DNA from: SAR324 cluster bacterium | Lineage (GTDB): Bacteria > SAR324 > JACQKK01 | Assembly: GCA_022574555.1 (NCBI GenBank) | Contig: JACZRV010000002.1 | Span: 21,995 to 85,994, forward strand | DNA length: 64,000 bases | Reading direction: 5' to 3' | Shown: positions 58,111 through 64,000 of the stretch, piece by piece | How positions within the stretch are numbered: the first letter of the stretch is position 1 | Layout of the letters: every line of letters starts with the position of its first letter | Notes under the pieces: model-generated | The model's database searches: none | Told to the model about the DNA's origin: nothing | What the model saw: the letters and a program-made list of their open reading frames with translations, nothing else | Program-made: the position numbers and the translations under genes

Positions 58111-58923
58111 TTACGGCTTCCGCGCAGTAAAGTTGATCCCCACGGTGCCGAAAGCCTCCGCGTTCGAGCTTTGGGGCGCCCCGGCGAACACCTCGGCTTT
58201 CCAGGTAATCGCGAAATCCTCGAACCCAGCGGCTTTGACCACGGCTGCAAGCTCTGCTTCCAGCAGAGCGCCCGCGATTCACCCGGTCCAGAGATCGATC
58301 TTTTGCTTGGCCGATTCGGGAACCTGCCTGTTCACCATGATGTCGGCCATCTGAAAACGGCCCCCCGGCTTGAGCATGCGAAATATTTCTTTGTAGGCGC
58401 CCAGCTTGTTGGGGCAAAGGTTGACCACGCCATTGGAAATAACCACATCGGCCCAGCCGTCGCCGACGGGTGTTTCCTCCAGGTAGCCCATCTTGAATTC
58501 CAAATGCGGAATTTGCATCTTCCCTTGCCACATGCGGGCTTTATCCAGCATTTCATCGGTCATGTCGATTCCGATCACGGCGCCCGCTGGGCCGACCTGA
58601 TGGGCCGCGATGAAACTATCGATACCGGCACCGCAGCCCAGGTCGACAACCCTTTCCCCCGGTTGCAGCAACCCGATGCTGAACGGATTGCCCGTGCCCG
58701 CGAACGACTCCACGACGCCCTCGGGGATGCCTTCCAGCCACTCGTCCTGATATTCGACGATCTTCGCCAAAGCCCGGCCGGTGTGGAAGTGAAAACCCTT
58801 GTTGGGATTCGCTGCGACTTCCCGATACTCCTTCTTGATCGCGGATCTCAGAGTTTCCTGGTCCAACCCTTCGGGAACTTTTACCGCTTCCATGATTTGC
58901 CTCCTCACCGATGGTGATCTCAC
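58111..58923 (-). CDS. ArsM-like SAM-dependent methyltransferase (arsenite methyltransferase family) with an in-frame TGA at 58279-58281 read as selenocysteine.
   Basis: Class I MTase motif VVDLGCGAGID. The sequence …QKIDLWTG-TGA-IAGALLEAELAAVVKAAGFEDFAITWK… aligns with the ArsM/AS3MT LWGEC(L/I)GGAL motif, with Sec in place of the conserved catalytic Cys. The frame continues 55 codons to TAA at 58111. Hairpin GCTCTGC-TGGAA-GCAGAGC starts 9 nt after the UGA. Confidence 0.7.
58251..58269 (-). promoter_or_regulatory. Candidate SECIS-like hairpin for the ArsM-like selenoprotein.
   Basis: Minus strand gcucugc-uggaa-gcagagc: a 7-bp perfect stem with a UGGAA loop, 9 nt after the UGA. Confidence 0.5.
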
Positions 58924-59123
58924 GTCTTATGCGCGGCCCAGGGGCCGGACGCACAGCACATAATATACCTGCATTTTATTCAATCTGCCACGGATGGATG
59001 GCATTGGGCGGCAGGATCAGTTTTTCCGGTCCTGCACTCGAAAAACGAAACGCAAACCGGACCAAACTTCACTCACCGCGCAGACCTTGTTGTCCACCAG
59101 CCCCTCCGCCAGTCCGATGGCCC

Positions 59124-59142
59124 GGACACGGCATGCCTGTCC
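59124..59142. repeat. Copy 2 of the GGACACGGCATGCC(G)TGTCC palindromic element, followed by a …CGTCCCTACGCCC… motif also present in copy 1.
   Basis: ggacacggcatgcctgtcc at 59124-59142, located between gnd and the ArsM-like gene. It shares 19 of 20 nt with the core at 48364-48383. Confidence 0.7.
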
Positions 59143-59194
59143 TGAGCCTGCCGAATGGGCCGCGTCCCTACGCCCGGACCTCAGCTTCGGTGGC

Positions 59195-60601
59195 TCAATC
59201 CCACTGGGTGTGGAACGTGCCGTCCTTGTCGATGCGCTGGTAGGTGTGGGCGCCGAAGAGATCCCGTTGGGCCTGCACCAGGTTGGCCGGCAGCCGCTCG
59301 GAGCGGTAGGCGTCGTAGTAGGCCAGGGAACCGCTGGTGGCCGGCATGGGCACCCCCGCCTTGATGACCGCCGTGACGACACGGCGCCAGGTATCCAGCC
59401 GCTGGGCGATGGCCTCCTTGAAGAAGGGGTCGACCAGCAAGTTGGGCAAGTCGGGATCGCGGCGGAACGCCTCCTGGATCGAGCCCAGGAACCGCGCCCG
59501 GATGATGCACCCGCCCTTCCAGATGCGCGCGATCTCGCCGAAGGGCAGGTTCCAGTCGCGTTCCCGGGAAGCCGTGCGCAACATGACCATGCCCTGGGCA
59601 TAGCTGCATGTCTTGGCGCAGTAAAGCGCGGCTCGCACCGCGTCGATCAGTTCCCGTTTGGACATGCCGATATCGGCCGATTCGCCGCCGGCCAGCACCT
59701 TGGCCGCGGCCAGCCGCTCGTCGCGATAAGCGGAGACGATGCGTGCATCGACGGCCGAGGAGATGGTGGGAATGGCGACGCCGATTTCGGCGGCGTCCTG
59801 CACCGTCCATTTGCCGGTGCCCTTCATGGAGGCGGAGTCCATGATCTTGTCCACCACGTAGCCGCCGTCATCGTCCTTTTTGCGGAAGATGCGGGCGGTG
59901 ATCTCGATCAGATACGATTCCAGTTCGCCCGAGTTCCACTCGTCGAAGACGTCGGCCAATTCCTCGTTGGAGAGCCCCCCCAGCCGCCGCAGCACGTCAT
60001 AGGCCTCGGCGATGAGTTGCATGTCGCCGTACTCGATGCCGTTGTGCACCATTTTTACATAATGGCCCGCGCCGCCCGGGCCGATATGGGTCACGCAGGG
60101 GCCGTCGTCCACCTGGGCAGCGATCTTCTCCAGGGATGGGGCCAGGTTCTTGTAGGCATCGGCCGATCCGCCGGGCATCAGGCTGGGTCCCCAGAGCGCG
60201 CCTTCCTCGCCGCCGCTGACGCCCATGCCGGTGAAGTGAAAGCCCTTGGCGGAAATCTCGGCCTCGCGCCGGTCGGTATCGCCGTAATAGGAGTTTCCGC
60301 ATTCGATGATGATGTCCCCCGGCTCCATCACCGCGCACAGCTGTTCCAGCACGGAATCGACCGGTTTGCCGGCCGGCACGAGAATGAAGGTCTTGCGCGG
60401 CCGCTCCAGCTTATCCGCCACCTCCCGCCAATTGGCGGCGCCGACGATGTTCTTGCCCTTACCCGGGCCATCGAGGAACCGCCGCACGGCATCCTGATTG
60501 ATGTCGAACCCCACCCCGGAAAATCCGTTTCGCTCCAGGTTCATCATTAGGTTGGCGCCCATCACACCCAACCCGATCATGGCTATTTTCTGCTTTTCCA
60601 T
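59195..60601 (-). CDS. gnd: 6-phosphogluconate dehydrogenase (decarboxylating).
   Basis: N-terminal NAD(P) fold IGLGVMGANL. 468 aa. High similarity throughout. Confidence 0.95.
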   Translation of the reverse strand: MEKQKIAMIGLGVMGANLMMNLERNGFSGVGFDINQDAVRRFLDGPGKGKNIVGAANWREVADKLERPRKTFILVPAGKPVDSVLEQLCAVMEPGDIIIECGNSYYGDTDRREAEISAKGFHFTGMGVSGGEEGALWGPSLMPGGSADAYKNLAPSLEKIAAQVDDGPCVTHIGPGGAGHYVKMVHNGIEYGDMQLIAEAYDVLRRLGGLSNEELADVFDEWNSGELESYLIEITARIFRKKDDDGGYVVDKIMDSASMKGTGKWTVQDAAEIGVAIPTISSAVDARIVSAYRDERLAAAKVLAGGESADIGMSKRELIDAVRAALYCAKTCSYAQGMVMLRTASRERDWNLPFGEIARIWKGGCIIRARFLGSIQEAFRRDPDLPNLLVDPFFKEAIAQRLDTWRRVVTAVIKAGVPMPATSGSLAYYDAYRSERLPANLVQAQRDLFGAHTYQRIDKDGTFHTQWD

Positions 60602-60744
60602 CGTTCGCTCCTTCTCGTGGGGTTATTTTATCCGTTTGAGTAACTTGAAATTTCTTTGTCGTTGGTAACCGCCCATAAGCGCAGATGAACACAGTTACTG
60701 AGGTTAGTAGAGTACCCTTGCCCGAGTGGTTAATCGCATCTGGA

Positions 60745-61485
60745 TTATTCGGTGGATTTCAGTTGCCGTACAGCAGCCCGGTCGCAGAAAAGATGGCATT
60801 CCAGGGCGTCGTCGCGCAGCAGGGTCTGCGAGGGCAGCCGCTTCGGCTGCAGGGGGCCTTCCAGAATCTCTTGCAGAATCGCCGCCTTGCCTTCGCCCAC
60901 CGCCAAAAACATCAGCCGCCGGGCCCGCCGCAATTCGGGGAAGGTGAGCGTGAGCCGGTCGCTGCCGTCGGGGGCCCGATTGGCCACGCAGCGGCGCTCG
61001 GCTTCGTCCAGGGCGGCCTTGTTCAGTGCGATACCGTCGGGAAAGAGAGACGCAGTATGACCGTCTCCCCCAATGCCCAGCAAGGCCACGTCGATCCTTC
61101 CGTCGTCTCCCAAAACGTCCCGCACCACCTGCTCATAGTCCCGGGCCGCGGCGGTGGGATCGGGGTTTTCCCCCGCCATCGGAAACACCCGGGGTTGTGC
61201 CTTCAGCCGCTCCAGCAGCGCCGCGCGCACCATGCCGTGGTTCGAATCGGCATGATCCGGCGGCACGCAGCGCTCATCGCCGTAGAGGAAATCCACCCGC
61301 GGCCAATCGAGTTGCGAAGTTTCGGCCCACAGGCGGTAGATCTCCGGCGGCGTGGAGCCCCCGGCCAGGGAGACCACGAATCGCTCCCGCGCGGCAAGTG
61401 CGTCGCGGCCCCACGAATCGAGCTGTTCCGTGACCGCCCGCGCGTTGGATGCGGGGTCATCATGGATCGCGAGATGCAGGGCCAT
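60745..61485 (-). CDS. pgl: 6-phosphogluconolactonase (DevB type).
   Basis: GGSTP…LLGIGGDGHTASLFP motif. Confidence 0.85.
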   Translation of the reverse strand: MALHLAIHDDPASNARAVTEQLDSWGRDALAARERFVVSLAGGSTPPEIYRLWAETSQLDWPRVDFLYGDERCVPPDHADSNHGMVRAALLERLKAQPRVFPMAGENPDPTAAARDYEQVVRDVLGDDGRIDVALLGIGGDGHTASLFPDGIALNKAALDEAERRCVANRAPDGSDRLTLTFPELRRARRLMFLAVGEGKAAILQEILEGPLQPKRLPSQTLLRDDALECHLFCDRAAVRQLKSTE

Positions 61486-61494
61486 TCGCGCTCC

Positions 61495-62670
61495 TCACCG
61501 ATTCCAGGCTTGCGCCTCGACCAGGCGGGCCGCGGATTGCAGGGCCTCGGCGTAGAGGGGGTCGGTTCCCGGGCCACTCAGGCCCGCCACCAACAGCTCG
61601 GGATCGCTCCAGCCATAGAGCGGCAGTCGTTGCTCGTTGCGGAGGGGGCTTTCCAGGGCCACGTGCAGCGCATCCACCTGGTACAGCGCGAACAGTTTGC
61701 CGCCGGCGCGGATTTCCACGGCCAACAGACCGTCGTGGCCGCCTTCACCCTCACGCACGGAAAACTCGACCGCATATCCACCATTATTTCCGCTGGCGCC
61801 CGGCTTGGCATTCCAACGCCAATCGTCGCTCCCGCCGCCGGTTTCGGCCACCTTCACTGAAGGCGCGCCCAGGCGGGAAAGCAGCCAGCCCAGCATGAGC
61901 AAGCCAGTATTCCGGCCTGCGGGCGCCGCCTCGACGCGCAGGCTTTCCACCTTCTGCAACAACTCGGCTTGTCCGGGAGGATCGAAAAGTCCGGCCAGCA
62001 GGTATCGCACGGGATTGAGCCGCATCCAGCCCAAGTCGATGAAATAGGCTTGCGTTTCCTCGACCAGGGCTTTCATGTCGGTCAGGGCATTTTCGCCGCC
62101 GCCGGTCTGGGTATCCACCAGGATGCGGTCGCTCAAATTCAGCAGTTGCCCCAGCAGGCGGCCTCTGTGCGGAAGTGCGCCCAGCCAGACCAGGGCCACG
62201 GGCAGGTCCGGGACCAGTAGCGCCCGTACCAGCGCGGGGAAGTGTTTGCCGCCGGCATCGCCGTATCCGGTGAGGCGGATCTCCTCCGTGCTGACCTGCC
62301 TTTTGCCCCCCGATGCCACGTGGCACAGGGTCGATACCCAGCACTGCACGTCACCGGCGCCGGCGGGTTTTTCCCCGGCCGGCCGGGTGGTCAGGCGGAT
62401 GGTGCGCGATGGCACTCCGGGCGCGGCCTCGGCGAGCATTCCGTCCACCTTCTTCACCCGCGTTTCGCCGGATTCGGACGGCTGGTAGACCACCAGGTTC
62501 CAGAGGCAGGCGCGGGTGAGCCCGCCGGACCCGTCCGCCGCAGCGTCCTCGCCGGCTTGGCGCCAGAGAGCCGCCAACGCTTTTTCCGCCTGATCCAGGG
62601 CCACCGGCTGGCCCTGGGAATAGGAGACCGGAGCACTATGCTGCGGAGGATTGGGCGCCGGGGCGCTCAC
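61495..62670 (-). CDS. opcA: Probable glucose-6-phosphate dehydrogenase assembly protein OpcA.
   Basis: About 390-aa ORF between zwf and pgl with 4-nt and 9-nt spacing. The identification rests mainly on gene context and size. Confidence 0.5.
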   Translation of the reverse strand: MSAPAPNPPQHSAPVSYSQGQPVALDQAEKALAALWRQAGEDAAADGSGGLTRACLWNLVVYQPSESGETRVKKVDGMLAEAAPGVPSRTIRLTTRPAGEKPAGAGDVQCWVSTLCHVASGGKRQVSTEEIRLTGYGDAGGKHFPALVRALLVPDLPVALVWLGALPHRGRLLGQLLNLSDRILVDTQTGGGENALTDMKALVEETQAYFIDLGWMRLNPVRYLLAGLFDPPGQAELLQKVESLRVEAAPAGRNTGLLMLGWLLSRLGAPSVKVAETGGGSDDWRWNAKPGASGNNGGYAVEFSVREGEGGHDGLLAVEIRAGGKLFALYQVDALHVALESPLRNEQRLPLYGWSDPELLVAGLSGPGTDPLYAEALQSAARLVEAQAWNR

Positions 62671-64000
62671 GGAGTTCTCCAGCTTATGCCTTCCCCGAGC
62701 AGCTCATCGGCTTCCACCGGCCCCCAACTGCCTGCCTCGAAGAGGGGAATCTGCTTTTTTTTCTGCTGGCGCCAGGCCTCGTGGATACGGCTGATGAAGC
62801 TCCAGGAGGCTTCCACCTCGTCGTCGCGCGTGAACAGGGTGCTGTCGCCCAGCATGGCGTCCAGGATCAGCCGCTCATAGGCCTCCGGCGGCTCGGCGCC
62901 GAAGGAGGTGCCATAGCGGAATTCCATGTTGACCGGGGCGATATCGGTGGTGGGGCCGGGCACCTTGGAACCGAAGTGCAACGAAATGCCCTCGTCGGGC
63001 TGAATGCGGATGGAAAGCACATTGCGCACCGGCCCCCGCCCGCCATCGGAGCCGAAGACCTGGTGGGGCGCATGACGATAGTGGATGGCGATCTCGGTGA
63101 CCCGCTTGGGCATCCGTTTGGCCGAGCGGAGATAGATGGGCACATTGGCCCAGCGCCAATTGTCCACGTACAGCTTCAGCGCCACGTAGGTTTCCGTAGT
63201 CGAGCCGGGATCGACACCGGGCTCCTGACGGTAACCCGCGACAGACTCGCCCAAAACGTGACCCGACGTGTACTGGGCGCGCACGACGAACTCGTCCATT
63301 TTATCGAGCGGAATGGTACGCAGGGAGCGGAGGAATTTCACCTTCTCGTCACGCACGGCATCGGAATCCATCGAAACGGGCGGCTCCATGCCCATCAGGC
63401 TCATCACCTGGAACAGGTGATTCTGCACCATATCCCGCAGGATGCCCGCCTCCTCGTAGTAGGCCCCGCGGCCCTCCATTCCAATCGATTCGGCTCCGGT
63501 GATCTGGATGTGGTCCACGTAGCGGTTGTTCCACAACGGTTCGAAGATGCCGTTGCCGAACCGGAAGACGAGCATGTTCTGCACCGTCTCCTTGCCCAGA
63601 TAATGGTCGATGCGGAAGATCTGCACCTCGCGGAAGACCTGCTTGAGCTGACGGTTCAGGGTCCGGGCCGTCTCCAAATCGCGGCCGAAAGGCTTTTCCA
63701 CGATGATGCGCGCAAAGGGGCTGTAAGACCGGGTCACCAGACCCGCCTCGCCCAGGTTCTTGATGATCTCCGGGTAGGCCGAGGGGGGCGTGGAGAGGTA
63801 GAAAAGCCGATTGGCCGGGACGCCGAGCGAGGTGTCGATCTCTTCCAGCCGCGCCTTGAGGGTGGTGTAGGCGGCCGGGTCGTCGAAGGAGCCCTGGTGA
63901 TAGTAGATGGCGTCGGCCAACGTGGCCCAAAGGGTGTCGTCGACGGGCCGCAGCCGGGTAAACTGGTCGCAGCCCTCCCGCATCTTCTGCCGGAAACCCT
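62667..64000 (-). CDS. zwf: Glucose-6-phosphate 1-dehydrogenase. Partial: the N-terminus lies beyond the window edge.
   Basis: EKPFGRDL, RIDHYLGKE and the conserved C-terminal domain. Confidence 0.9.
   Translation of the reverse strand, partial: GFRQKMREGCDQFTRLRPVDDTLWATLADAIYYHQGSFDDPAAYTTLKARLEEIDTSLGVPANRLFYLSTPPSAYPEIIKNLGEAGLVTRSYSPFARIIVEKPFGRDLETARTLNRQLKQVFREVQIFRIDHYLGKETVQNMLVFRFGNGIFEPLWNNRYVDHIQITGAESIGMEGRGAYYEEAGILRDMVQNHLFQVMSLMGMEPPVSMDSDAVRDEKVKFLRSLRTIPLDKMDEFVVRAQYTSGHVLGESVAGYRQEPGVDPGSTTETYVALKLYVDNWRWANVPIYLRSAKRMPKRVTEIAIHYRHAPHQVFGSDGGRGPVRNVLSIRIQPDEGISLHFGSKVPGPTTDIAPVNMEFRYGTSFGAEPPEAYERLILDAMLGDSTLFTRDDEVEASWSFISRIHEAWRQQKKKQIPLFEAGSWGPVEADELLGEGISWRTP

Noticed and set aside
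61483-61497. The opcA TGA stop is in frame with the pgl start codon (TGA-GGA-GCG-CGA-ATG), suggesting a possible Sec or read-through fusion.
   Set aside because: Only three codons separate them. There is no UxxC or catalytic-Cys context and no SECIS-like structure. It is most simply two coupled genes.
1-64000. CRISPR arrays, rRNA/tRNA genes, transposases, integrases and phage genes.
   Set aside because: I saw none. No repeat-spacer architecture and no IS-like terminal inverted repeats are present. The only repeats are the short tandem and palindromic elements listed.

Overview
This is a 64 kb, high-GC bacterial chromosomal segment, estimated by eye at about 60-65% GC, and densely coding on both strands. 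Most genes are housekeeping or envelope functions, and there are no rRNA, tRNA, CRISPR or obvious mobile-element genes. The housekeeping set includes glyA, proA, thiS-thiG, ppdK, gnd-pgl-opcA-zwf, rpmB, ubiE, mltD, an alaC-like aminotransferase, an indolepyruvate:ferredoxin oxidoreductase, a tungsten-type aldehyde:ferredoxin oxidoreductase, a stand-alone AICAR transformylase and a PQQ dehydrogenase. Three findings stand out.

(1) Three genes carry an in-frame TGA exactly at a conserved redox or catalytic cysteine position, each followed within about 20 nt by a hairpin. I read these as selenocysteine codons. Two are adjacent thioredoxin-fold thiol:disulfide oxidoreductases with UxxC motifs at 1437-1967 and 2050-2673. 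The third is an ArsM-like SAM methyltransferase with LWTG-U-IAGAL at 58111-58923 on the minus strand.

(2) A 1380-aa protein with no recognisable domain lies in an operon between proA and a GT4 glycosyltransferase (9928-14070, minus strand).

(3) A minus-strand cluster of three secreted proteins (21420-25266) includes a lipoprotein with a C-terminal SLH-like domain. The two adjacent genes share an identical 17-nt translation-initiation leader.

Further observations are listed under findings: a Tat-secreted multicopper oxidase / cupredoxin copper cluster with Met/His-rich segments; a cyclase-PAS-histidine kinase-receiver gene with a sharp intragenic GC drop suggesting a chimeric origin; a GldA/F/G-like ABC operon with a DUF4340 gene; two sets of short tandem repeats upstream of glyA and the ior gene; and a GGACACGGCATGCC(G)TGTCC palindromic element present twice.
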